This document shows positions 27,544 through 36,542 of a stretch of DNA of 64,000 nt, piece by piece. Origin of the DNA: Saprospiraceae bacterium (GTDB lineage Bacteria > Bacteroidota > Bacteroidia > Chitinophagales > Saprospiraceae); NCBI GenBank assembly GCA_047629355.1, contig JBLHWU010000002.1:948-64947 (forward strand), given 5' to 3'. The translations under genes and the position numbers were made by a program. Below the pieces are notes generated by a model. It did not search any database, was not told the DNA's origin, and saw only the letters and a list, made by a program, of their open reading frames with translations. Position 1 is the first letter of the stretch. Every line of letters begins with the position of its first letter.

Positions 27544-28779
27544 TTAAGCCCCCATCAACTTATTCAAGGACAACTCCAAGGCCGCCGTTGAAATGTTTGT
27601 CAAATTTGGGCTATAATCGTATACTTTTTGCAATGCTTCTCTAATCGTTTCCGATACATCGCCAAAAATCGCTTCGTCCGTCATCTTCGCATCCGGCTTC
27701 ATCAAATAAGCAAATACCCGCGCCATTCCACAATTGGCAATAAAATCTGGTACGATACTCATCTGCGCATCCGCAAATTTTGCTGTCGGTCCAAAAAATA
27801 TTTTATCGCCCACAAACGGAACGTTAGCACCACAAGAAATCACCTCCATACCGCCTGCAATCATCGCATCGACTTGTCCACGCGTCACCAACTTAGAAGC
27901 AGCACCAGGAATAAAAATATCTGCACCTAAGCTCCAGATTTTTTCGTTAACTTCTTCAAAAGATAGCATATTTTCAAATGCCAATTTATTGCCTTTCTTA
28001 TTGACAAACAAAGCCTTAACTTCTTCTACTCCCAAACCTTCTTCTGAAATAATGCCACCTTCTCTGTCAATAATTCCTATTACTTTTGCACCGAATAAAG
28101 TCAAATAAGAAGCTGCCGCCGAAGCTACATTTCCCCAACCTTGAATGATAATTTTCTTTCCTTCCATTGATTCCTTTCGATAAATATCATAAAAATGCTT
28201 CACCGATTCCGATACACCATAGCCTGTAATCAAATCCGCAACTGCCATTTTATGTTCACCATCTGGAACGTATTTTGGGTCTTCCACAATCTTCGCACAA
28301 CCATATCGCAATTGCCCCAATATCCGAACCGCGGCCCCACTATCTGATTTAAGGTGTCCGCGCACGATACCTTCTTGTGGATGCCACAAGCCAAGGTCTT
28401 CCGTGATTGGAATGACATCTTTTAATTCGTCAACATTTAAATCGCCACCCGTTCCATAGTAATTTTTCAACAATGGAATAACTGCTTTGTACCAACGTTT
28501 CAATACTTCTTCACGGCGTGGGTCACGCGGGTCGAAGTCAATACCTGATTTTGCACCACCGATATCTGGACCACAGACGGAAAATTTAATTTCCATCACT
28601 TTCGCCAATGATACGACTTCGTCTTTGGTCAAGCCTTTTCGCATCCGTGTTCCGCCACCTGCTGCGCCTCCGCGTAAGGAATTGATGACCACCCAACCAC
28701 GAGCATCTGTTTCAGAATCGCTCCATTCGAATACGATTTCTGGTCTTTTTTCTTTATACTTGTTTAATAGATCTTCCAT
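27544..28779 (-). CDS. gdh: Glu/Leu/Phe/Val-family (glutamate) dehydrogenase
   Basis: Start taken at MEDLLNKYKEK. Contains GGAAGGGTRMRKG and KSGIDFDP plus a Rossmann-like GWGNVASAAA. The upstream NRINRINRINRI extension is a translated tandem repeat. Confidence 0.85.
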   Translation of the reverse strand: MEDLLNKYKEKRPEIVFEWSDSETDARGWVVINSLRGGAAGGGTRMRKGLTKDEVVSLAKVMEIKFSVCGPDIGGAKSGIDFDPRDPRREEVLKRWYKAVIPLLKNYYGTGGDLNVDELKDVIPITEDLGLWHPQEGIVRGHLKSDSGAAVRILGQLRYGCAKIVEDPKYVPDGEHKMAVADLITGYGVSESVKHFYDIYRKESMEGKKIIIQGWGNVASAAASYLTLFGAKVIGIIDREGGIISEEGLGVEEVKALFVNKKGNKLAFENMLSFEEVNEKIWSLGADIFIPGAASKLVTRGQVDAMIAGGMEVISCGANVPFVGDKIFFGPTAKFADAQMSIVPDFIANCGMARVFAYLMKPDAKMTDEAIFGDVSETIREALQKVYDYSPNLTNISTAALELSLNKLMGA

Positions 28780-28824
28780 AATTCGATTAATTCGATTAAT
28801 TCGATTAATTCGATTAACTCGATT
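28780..28824. repeat. 9-bp tandem repeat x5 abutting the gdh start codon
   Basis: Plus strand aattcgatt x4 then aactcgatt. Partial inverted copies lie at about 28834-28870. Confidence 0.9.
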
Positions 28825-29023
28825 AGTTTGGACAATCGAAATAATCGAATTAATCCATTTAATCGTGTCAATCAATTTGGTGGTGCGAAATTAATATTTC
28901 TAAAATTCTTATTTACATCCTTTCGTGGGAAATTTTAATGTTTAAATTTGCTGCAATTAAGGATTTCTAAAAATGGTAATCTATATTAACCATTAATCCC
29001 TAATCATTAAACATTCATTTACT

Positions 29024-30133
29024 ATGTTAGAGAACTGGTTAAGACCTATCAATACGGAAAAGTTCGATGCGCTTTCGCTAAATAAATATCAATTAGGCAG
29101 TAGAATCAAACGATTTGAAAATGAGTTGCCTGATGTAAAAAATGTAAAAGTAGCAATAATTGGCATTGGCGAAGCAGCGGCGAATGCCGTTAGAGAAGAA
29201 TTGTATCAAATGAGTTGCTCATTTCGGCGATTAAAAATTGCAGATTTAGGAAATATTCGCAAACAAGACCATTCCTTTATCATTCCATTGATTAAGGAAT
29301 TGGTCGATGGAAAAATTTTACCCATCATCATCGGTCACAGCAATTCTTTGACGCAAGCTCAATATCAGGCGCATCAGTCCTTTCAAAAATCGTTAAATAT
29401 GACGATTGTGGATGAGAAAATTCATTATCACCCTCGGGTTGAAAACGAAGATGATACGTTGTTTTTAAATCCAATTTTGAAAAAAGCAACTTCCGATTTG
29501 TTTAATCTGAGCATCATTGGTTGTCAGTCGCATTTTGTGGATGACAATGTTTTTGATGCATTAGAAGAACGACATTTTGAGTGTGTCCGATTGGGAAAAG
29601 CACGAACGGATTTGCCAGAATTAGAACCGATTATTAGAGATGCTGATTTGATGAGCTTTAACTTGGCAGCTTTAAAACGGTTGGAAGTTCCTGGTGTAGA
29701 CGGTGCGACTCCAAGTGGCTTTTTTACGGAAGAAGCAGCGCAAATTGCCCGTTATGCAGGCTTGAGTGACAAACTAAAATCTATTGGTTTTTATGGTGTC
29801 AATCCAGATTTAGACCGTGATAATGCTTCCGCAAAAGTGACGGCGCAATTGATTTGGTACTTTTTGGATGGGGTATTTAATCGAAAAAGCGACTTCCCAG
29901 TTTCGACACAAGGATTGACGGAATACATTGTTGATTTTAAATCGTATAATTATCAAATTACATTTTGGAATAGCTCCAAAAGCAATCGTTGGTGGATGCA
30001 AATTCCTGTAAAAACAGATAAAAATAAACGGCGGCACCGGTTGATTCCTTGTTCGTATGCGGATTATCAGAAGGCGTGTGAAGAAGAAATGCCAGAACGA
30101 CTGTTAAAAGCGCATCGGCGATTTGGCAACTAA
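29024..30133 (+). CDS. Arginase/formimidoylglutamase-family-like protein
   Basis: VAIIGIGE...ILPIIIGHSNSLT...IGCQSHF...DADLMSFNLAALK...GATPSGF resembles the ureohydrolase fold. The metal ligands were not verified. Confidence 0.5.
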   Translation: MLENWLRPINTEKFDALSLNKYQLGSRIKRFENELPDVKNVKVAIIGIGEAAANAVREELYQMSCSFRRLKIADLGNIRKQDHSFIIPLIKELVDGKILPIIIGHSNSLTQAQYQAHQSFQKSLNMTIVDEKIHYHPRVENEDDTLFLNPILKKATSDLFNLSIIGCQSHFVDDNVFDALEERHFECVRLGKARTDLPELEPIIRDADLMSFNLAALKRLEVPGVDGATPSGFFTEEAAQIARYAGLSDKLKSIGFYGVNPDLDRDNASAKVTAQLIWYFLDGVFNRKSDFPVSTQGLTEYIVDFKSYNYQITFWNSSKSNRWWMQIPVKTDKNKRRHRLIPCSYADYQKACEEEMPERLLKAHRRFGN

Positions 30134-30146
30134 GTAACAGTCAAAA

Positions 30147-30292
30147 AGTAACTCGGTTTTGTAAACCGAGTAGCCCGTCCTTCGAGTTTCCAGCTCGAAG
30201 CAAACAACATAGTATCAAAATATTCAAAAAGCATTACAGCATCGGATTGGAAATCCGATAGACACTTGCTCGGTTTGCAAAACCGAGTTACT
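30147..30292. repeat. Multi-hairpin palindromic element (family F)
   Basis: Termini AGTAACTCGGTTTTGTAAACCGAG / CTCGGTTTGCAAAACCGAGTTACT. Internal hairpins cttcgag..ctcgaag and atcggattggaaatccgat. Confidence 0.7.
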
Positions 30293-30301
30293 TATATTCT
30301 T

Positions 30302-31390
30302 ATGGCTAAGAAAAATCAAATTCTCCGTCCCCACGCTGAAGACCTTTTTGCAAAGGAATTAAAAATCCTCGCAAAAATCGACACGAAACCACGACCTACG
30401 AATTGGAAGTTGTCCCCATGGGCAGTTGTCACTTATATTTTAGGCGGTACATTAGAAGATGGAACAGAAATAGAAGCTAAGTATTTTGGCAATCGTCGCT
30501 TGATTGAAGTAGCAGTAGCGACTTTGGCAACCGACCGTGCGCTGCTACTTTTGGGCATTCCTGGTACGGCAAAAACGTGGGTTTCAGAACATTTATCTGC
30601 TGCAATTTCGGGCACGTCTACCCTACTCGTTCAAGGTACAGCGGGTATGAATGAAGATTCGCTTCGCTACAGTTGGAATTATGCCAAGTTACTCGCCGAA
30701 GGCCCAACTGCCAGTGCGATGGTCGCCAGCCCTATCATGAATGCGATGCAAAAAGGGCAGATTGCACGAGTCGAGGAACTCACACGAATTCCATCAGATG
30801 TACAAGATACGTTGATTACCATTTTGTCGGAAAAAATATTGCCAGTGCCGGAATTGAGTACAGAAATTCAGGCGCAACGAGGTTTCAATATCATTGCAAC
30901 GGCAAATAATCGGGATAAAGGCGTGAATGAATTGTCTAGTGCCTTGCGCCGTCGTTTTAATACGGTAGTGATGCCCTTACCAAAGTCTATTGAGGAAGAG
31001 GTGAAAATTGTCAAGACACGGGTCGATAAATTGGGACAGTCCTTAGAATTGCCGCCCGAAGCTGCACCGATTAAAGAGATTCAGCGATTGGTGACGATTT
31101 TTCGAGAATTGCGCAATGGGAAGACGGATGATGGGCGGACTAAATTGAAATCGCCAAGTAGTACTTTGAGTACTGCCGAAGCGATTTCTGTAATTAATAG
31201 TGGTCAGGCATTGGCGACGCATTTTGGGGATGGAACGATAAAAGCGGATGATTTGGCAGCGGGAATTACGGGTGCAATTGTGAAAGACCCAGTGCAGGAT
31301 AAGGTCGTTTGGCAAGAATATTTGGAGACAGTGGTGAAGGAACGGAAGGAGTGGGCGGATTTGTATCGGGCTTGTAAGGAGATGCTGTGA
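30302..31390 (+). CDS. AAA_5/MoxR-like ATPase (YehL-like by my recollection)
   Basis: Start at MAKKNQILRP. Walker A LLLLGIPGTAKT, Walker B IARVEELTR and ATANNRD...ALRRRF. Confidence 0.7.
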   Translation: MAKKNQILRPHAEDLFAKELKILAKIDTKPRPTNWKLSPWAVVTYILGGTLEDGTEIEAKYFGNRRLIEVAVATLATDRALLLLGIPGTAKTWVSEHLSAAISGTSTLLVQGTAGMNEDSLRYSWNYAKLLAEGPTASAMVASPIMNAMQKGQIARVEELTRIPSDVQDTLITILSEKILPVPELSTEIQAQRGFNIIATANNRDKGVNELSSALRRRFNTVVMPLPKSIEEEVKIVKTRVDKLGQSLELPPEAAPIKEIQRLVTIFRELRNGKTDDGRTKLKSPSSTLSTAEAISVINSGQALATHFGDGTIKADDLAAGITGAIVKDPVQDKVVWQEYLETVVKERKEWADLYRACKEML

Positions 31391-31454
31391 CGGCGCACGG
31401 AACACGGGAAATCGCGTTTTTACAAAAAAAGCATTCTTAAAACTTCTGGATTCT

Positions 31455-32720
31455 TTACTTAAAAAGCGGAACAAACTTAGTCAAAATCGCCTCAATTTCC
31501 TTCGTTTCAAAATCGGCTAATTTGTCAAATTTGTCAAAATAAGCAGTTTTCTTTGCTTTTTTGGCACTTCCTCCTTGAAATCCTTTTTGCAATTTTTTAA
31601 GAAAATCTATTTCAACAGATGCTAATTCTGCTATTTTTTCAATAGACCATTCAGGAAGTTGGGTCATTAGCGTGAGTGAAAAATTGATACTTTTAATCAA
31701 AGATTCAATTTCTTTGCCTTCTATCTTACCCTGTGATTTGATATAGTCATAGCCTGAAACAAATCTTTCTGCTACTTCTTCTGGCAATTGCGTGGTTACT
31801 TGATTCGGTAGTGCTACAAATGTGCACCACCATTTATTGAAAAAGTGATTTATTACCGTGTAAACAAAGGTTCTTTTAAGTTTGAGCAGCGAGAAAATCG
31901 TAAGATTATCGAGCTTCCAAAAACACAGTGCGCGTTGCCTACGGCAACGCGGGAGGGGTATTAAGGGACAAAAGCACCTAAACTGTAAAGTGGTGCACAT
32001 TTGTGGCACTACCCTTGATTCATATCTTCTTGATTTAATTTTAATAAATACATAAAATAGCTGACCAACTATTTCGTTAAGAATGTCTCTCTTTTCTTTA
32101 TTTTCTTCTTTGTCTATTCCCACGAATATCTGCCCTGCATCTGTTTTTAAATAATCTTCATCATCTGAATGTTTAAAAATAAGCAGCACATTTTTTAAAA
32201 AACCTGCGTCCATGTTGAGAATGAATTCATCTGATATAGTCAGCCAAATTTACTAAAATATATTCACTCGTGGAAATGTATTGGTGAAAAATCTTTGGCA
32301 GATTAGTAAAACTATCTGTAAAAGGGCGCTTCGTCCAACGCTTACTTCCATGATAAAACAAAATTGGCAACACTGGAATTAACGGTTGACTATTGATGAT
32401 GTTTTGTTGATGAATACTCGAAATATAGTGCTGTATCTGTGCATGAGGATGAACAGAAGGATTACTTTTATGCTCCAATAAAATGGCAATCTGGATTGGA
32501 ATATCAGTTTTTAAATGAGCAGAAAAAATCAAATCAGATTCCGTTTTCCGCAAAGCTTCGTTGATATGCGATTTTTCGAGGATAGCTAATTCACTTAAAT
32601 CTAAGTAATCCCTAATTTCTTTTGGCGGTATTTGTGACAAAAAGTCGTGTGTAACCTCCAACATTGAGAAGGTCTTTTCAAAAAAATTATTGTGTGGATG
32701 GTGAGTTTTTTTTTGCTCAT
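31455..32720 (-). pseudogene. Rpn-family (PD-(D/E)XK, YhgA-like) recombination-promoting nuclease / putative transposase, multiply disrupted
   Basis: N-terminal domain: PHNNFFEKTFSMLEVTHDFLSQ...SDLIFSA...ILLEHKS...PILFYHGSKRW. The ATG at 32720 is out of frame across a 9-nt homopolymer (32706-32714). There is a stop at 32227 with a frame change, and MITE-D1 is inserted at 31807-32013. Confidence 0.7.
31807..32013 (+). mobile_element. MITE family D, copy 1 (207 bp), 8-bp TSD CTTGATTC
   Basis: Termini GGTAGTGCTACAAATGTGCAC / GTGCACATTTGTGGCACTACC. Direct repeats at 31799-31806 and 32014-32021. The interior holds the hairpin-2 and hairpin-3 core but lacks hairpin 1. Confidence 0.85.
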
Positions 32721-32848
32721 TTTGTTTAGTTGGTTATTGGTCAAACTGTTCGGCACACAAAATAACAACAATATTTTTATAAATATATGTACTTAAAACA
32801 ATTAATTTATTTGTGAGAAATTTTACTTACCTTTGTCTATCATGCGGG

Positions 32849-33106
32849 GGTAGTGTAACAAATGTGCACCACCATTTATTGAAAAAGTGATTTATTACCG
32901 TGTAAACAAAGGTTCTTTTAAGTTTGAGAAGCTCGAAAACCGTAAGGCTTTCGAGCTTCAAAAAACACAGTGCGCGTTGCCTGCGGCAACGCGGGAGAGG
33001 TATTAAGGGACAAAAACGATTTTTGCAAAGTCGTTTTTGTCCCTTAAAAACCCCTTTGATAAACAAAAGCACCTAAACTGTAAAAGTGCACATTTGTGGC
33101 ACTACC
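32849..33106 (+). mobile_element. MITE family D, copy 2 (258 bp), 8-bp TSD CATGCGGG
   Basis: Same termini as copy 1. Direct repeats at 32841-32848 and 33107-33114. It contains the complete three-hairpin core. Confidence 0.85.
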
Positions 33107-33178
33107 CATGCGGGAATTGGTCAACATTCGGAATGCTTATTTTAGAAGTGCGATGGTGGCAATGGGAAATAAACACAG

Positions 33179-33718
33179 TTGGGAGTTGCTAAAACAGAAT
33201 TTTCCCATTATTTTTTTGATGTTGACGGGACGGATGAGGATATGTTAATTACCTTGGGCTATTATATTTTAGGACTTTACGAACGATTGCCTAAGGAACT
33301 TCAACAAGAAACAGAAGGTTTTGATGCTCAAATTAAATCGAATATTATGACGACATCAGCAATTTTAGAACAACGAGAAGAGAAAAGAGGTAAAAAAATA
33401 GATGAGAAAATTGGCAAAAAGCGAGGTATGCTTTTCACCAAAAGAATCGTACAAATAGAACTCATTCTGAAAGGTTTAACGCAAAATCCGAATTTAGATA
33501 TTCCAACAATCAAATTGATTACGGGACAAACAGCAACAGATATTAAAGCCATTCAAAAGAGTTTTGAAAGAAATGACCTTGAAAAAACACGGCAGTTTAT
33601 TTCTGGAAAATTTAAAGATTTTGGAGCATTGACAGAATTGGAGGTAGCTGAAATTGAGAAACTGCTCAACGAATTTCTACCAAAATTTAAAAAGAAAAAA
33701 TCAGCTAAGCAACAGTAA
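33179..33718 (+). pseudogene. 5'-truncated Rpn-family paralogue (C-terminal half only)
   Basis: The C-terminus (ELEVAEIEKLLNEFLPKFKKKK) parallels the C-terminus of the minus-strand copy (TKEIEAILTKFVPLFK). There is no nuclease domain upstream, and MITE-D2 abuts it. Confidence 0.5.
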
Positions 33719-33765
33719 AAAAATAATCAATTAATTTTTAAACCAACAGAGAAAACCTATCAACC

Positions 33766-35145
33766 TTGGCAAAAATAAGAACAGTATTCGCCTGCACCAA
33801 ATGCGGACAAACCTCTCCCAAATGGATGGGGAAATGCAACGGCTGTGGCGAATGGAATACCTATCAAGAAGAAGTCGTCGTCAAAGAAACGGGTCGTGAA
33901 GCTCGCGATAAAGCATGGAAAAGTGGGATGCCCACCAAGAATACGGCGCCTGTCGCTCTACCAGATATCAAAGCAGGAAATACCCGCCGATTGGTGACGC
34001 CTGATGCAGAACTAAATCGTGTTTTAGGAGGTGGAATCGTAGCAGGTTCCCTAGTTTTAATTGGTGGTCAACCTGGGATTGGAAAATCAACTTTGCTGCT
34101 ACAATTAGCTTTAGGTATTGACGCCAAAATCCTTTACGTTTCTGGTGAAGAAAGTGAAGAACAGATTAAAATGCGCGCCGACCGCCTCGGTAATCATAAG
34201 TCGGATTGCTACATTTTAACAGAAACCAATTCTGGAAAAATATTGAATCACGCACAATCCATGATGCCTGATTTGATGATTATTGATTCGATTCAGACCT
34301 TGTCATCGCCGCATATTGATTCGACGCCTGGAAGCATTTCACAGGTGCGGGAGACGGCTGGAGAGTTGCAGCGATTTGCAAAAGAGACGAATATTCCAGT
34401 GTTTATTATTGGGCATATTAATAAGGAAGGGTCAATTGCTGGTCCGAAATTATTAGAGCATATTGTTGATGCTGTTTTGCAATTTGAGGGCGATAGAAAT
34501 TATACCTATCGGATTTTACGGACTATCAAAAATCGGTTTGGCTCAACTGATGAATTAGGGATTTATGAAATGCAAGCCGATGGTTTGCGCGAAGTTTCCA
34601 ATCCTTCAGAATTAATGTTATCCCAGACGGAAGAAGACCTCAGTGGTTCGGCAGTGGCAGCCACGATGGAAGGTATGCGTCCAATGTTGATTGAGTCGCA
34701 AGCATTAGTGAGTACTGCCGTTTATGGTACGCCTCAGCGGTCGGCAACGGGTTTTGACTTGCGGAGATTGAGTATGTTATTGGCAGTTTTGGAGAAGCGA
34801 GTGGGTTTTCCATTTGCACAAAATGATGTCTTTTTGAATATTGCAGGTGGTATCAAAGTGGATGACCCTGCGATTGATTTAGCGATTGTAAGTGCCCTGA
34901 TTTCTTCCTTGATGGATGTGTCGATTCCAAATGATGTTTGCTTTGCGGGCGAGGTTGGTTTATCGGGAGAGATTCGGTCAGTGAATCGAGTTGACCAACG
35001 AATTGCGGAAGCGGATAGACTGGGTTTTAAACGAATTTTTATTTCAAAATACAATATTAAAGGTTTGGATACGTCGCGGTATACAATGGAGATTACGACA
35101 GTTGGGAAAGTGGAGGAATTGTATAAAATTTTGTTTGAGACCTAA
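33766..35145 (+). CDS. radA: DNA repair protein RadA
   Basis: Zn-ribbon CTKCGQTSPKWMGKCNGCGEWNT, Walker A GGQPGIGKST, KNRFG, and a Lon-like C-terminal domain. TTG start. Confidence 0.95.
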   Translation: MAKIRTVFACTKCGQTSPKWMGKCNGCGEWNTYQEEVVVKETGREARDKAWKSGMPTKNTAPVALPDIKAGNTRRLVTPDAELNRVLGGGIVAGSLVLIGGQPGIGKSTLLLQLALGIDAKILYVSGEESEEQIKMRADRLGNHKSDCYILTETNSGKILNHAQSMMPDLMIIDSIQTLSSPHIDSTPGSISQVRETAGELQRFAKETNIPVFIIGHINKEGSIAGPKLLEHIVDAVLQFEGDRNYTYRILRTIKNRFGSTDELGIYEMQADGLREVSNPSELMLSQTEEDLSGSAVAATMEGMRPMLIESQALVSTAVYGTPQRSATGFDLRRLSMLLAVLEKRVGFPFAQNDVFLNIAGGIKVDDPAIDLAIVSALISSLMDVSIPNDVCFAGEVGLSGEIRSVNRVDQRIAEADRLGFKRIFISKYNIKGLDTSRYTMEITTVGKVEELYKILFET

Positions 35146-35172
35146 GTTCAAAACAATTTTCAGACAAAAAAA

Positions 35173-35207
35173 AAGGCGATTTTTACTATAAAATCGCCTT
35201 TCTTTTT
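35173..35207. terminator. Bidirectional hairpin between convergent radA and the cupin gene
   Basis: AAGGCGATTTT..AAAATCGCCTT with flanking A and T runs. Confidence 0.7.
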
Positions 35208-35225
35208 ATCCGAATAATTTCAAAA

Positions 35226-36101
35226 TCAAGCACTAACCAACGCCTTGTTAGCCCGTTCATCCGCTAAATTCTTCTTATAATCAAACCACTTATCTTTCAA
35301 AAAGAACCGCGCCACTTCATCCACATGCGTCAAAAAGCCAACCTGATACAAACCTCGCAACAAAATACTTGTTTTAGGACTAACCGACCGCATCGAAAAA
35401 CCAATACCTGCCGTGCGGTATTCAACATGATGCCACCAACCTGACGGCATAAAAATCGTGTCCCCCGCTTCAATCGTGCAATCGTAGCCAACTACTTTAT
35501 CCAATGCTGGGTATTTTTCATAATCTGGATTGTTAATATCAATCGACGTATGCGTGCCGTATGGGTAACGATACAACATATCAGAGTATTTTGGGTCAAA
35601 TAAAACCACTCGCTTATTGCCATGCAATTCCGTCAAATAAACATTGCTATTGTCCATATCTCGGTGAATTCGAGTAACAGCACCTTCCCCTCCAAAAAAC
35701 GCAAAAGGCAATTTTTTCAATACTCTATCCGCCACTTTGGGAAAAGCAAAATCCTTAAACAACTCTGGCTTATACTTAAAAACATTGAATAGAAACAAGC
35801 GCCGACTTGTCGGACCCGCTTGCACCATATCCAAATAATCGCCAAATTTCATGGTATCTGGCGCACCTTTATAAGAACGGTCATCTTGTCGCTTCGTCCC
35901 TTCCGCATCGTAAATCCCCACTTCAATATCGCCCAATTCATCTTTAAAATAGTCGAAATTCCACTTTTTATAAAGCGGCGCATCTTCTCCATAAAAATGC
36001 TTAACAATCACCGGACGCTGCGGCTTCATATATTTTTCCTGAAATTCTTCACGCGTAATTCCGTCCACACGGTCAACGCCGTCTATCAGTTGCAATGGCA
36101 T
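35226..36101 (-). CDS. JmjC/cupin-like domain protein
   Basis: FGGEGAVTRIHRDMDNSNVYLTELHGNKRVVLF...GDTIFMPSGWWHHVEY. Confidence 0.75.
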   Translation of the reverse strand: MPLQLIDGVDRVDGITREEFQEKYMKPQRPVIVKHFYGEDAPLYKKWNFDYFKDELGDIEVGIYDAEGTKRQDDRSYKGAPDTMKFGDYLDMVQAGPTSRRLFLFNVFKYKPELFKDFAFPKVADRVLKKLPFAFFGGEGAVTRIHRDMDNSNVYLTELHGNKRVVLFDPKYSDMLYRYPYGTHTSIDINNPDYEKYPALDKVVGYDCTIEAGDTIFMPSGWWHHVEYRTAGIGFSMRSVSPKTSILLRGLYQVGFLTHVDEVARFFLKDKWFDYKKNLADERANKALVSA

Positions 36102-36290
36102 AGGTTGAAAATTTTAATCGTTTTCAAATTTTGAATTGCAAATTTAGAAGAAAATTCGATTGAATTAAAGGATTTTAACAATTTGAATTAGAAAATTGCG
36201 GGTATTTGACACAGGAATACTTTTGAGTTAACGTCTTACTTACAATTACAATGATGCTACACATTAAACAACTACGAAGTAGTTAAATAT

Positions 36291-36480
36291 GAATAACCTC
36301 GGATGAAATCCGAGAGATAGCGAAAAAAGGCGTAACAACTCTGAAGGCGTTGAATGTAACAAGTAGATATTCAACTCCTTCAGAGTTATTGCATGCTGTG
36401 CCATTTTCCGCAGATTGCATCTGCGGTTATTCCTATTCAATCTCTCCGAGATTACTGCGAATGTCAGTTGATAACTGACA
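36291..36480. repeat. Multi-hairpin element related to family F
   Basis: cctcggatgaaatccgagag, aactctgaagg..ccttcagagtt, ccgcagattgcatctgcgg and gtcagttgataactgac. Outer pairing is gaataacc / ggttattc. Confidence 0.6.
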
Positions 36481-36530
36481 CGTAATGATTAATCAGGTAA
36501 AATCTTTAGTCAAGATTTTTTCGATAGTTT
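36478..36530 (-). mobile_element. MITE family C, partial copy
   Basis: gattaatcaggtaaaatctttagtcaagattttttcgatagttt matches the reverse complement of the right third of 62513-62668. Confidence 0.7.
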
Positions 36531-36542
36531 ATGTTGAGGTAC

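Noticed and set aside
28780-28875. Longer gdh ORF starting at 28875 with an NRINRINRINRI tract.
   Set aside because: The tract is the translated 9-bp tandem repeat. The conserved dehydrogenase N-terminus begins at Met 28779.
31455-32213. The 252-aa ORF as an intact gene.
   Set aside because: Its middle third is MITE-D1 read in frame. Removing the MITE plus its TSD (215 bp) changes the frame, so the apparent continuity is accidental.
36102-36290. The gene-free stretch 36102-36480 as a structured ncRNA gene (tmRNA, RNase P, group II intron remnant).
   Set aside because: No conserved motifs of those RNAs were recognised. The structured part resembles the family F repeat at 30147-30292, so a repeat is the simpler reading.
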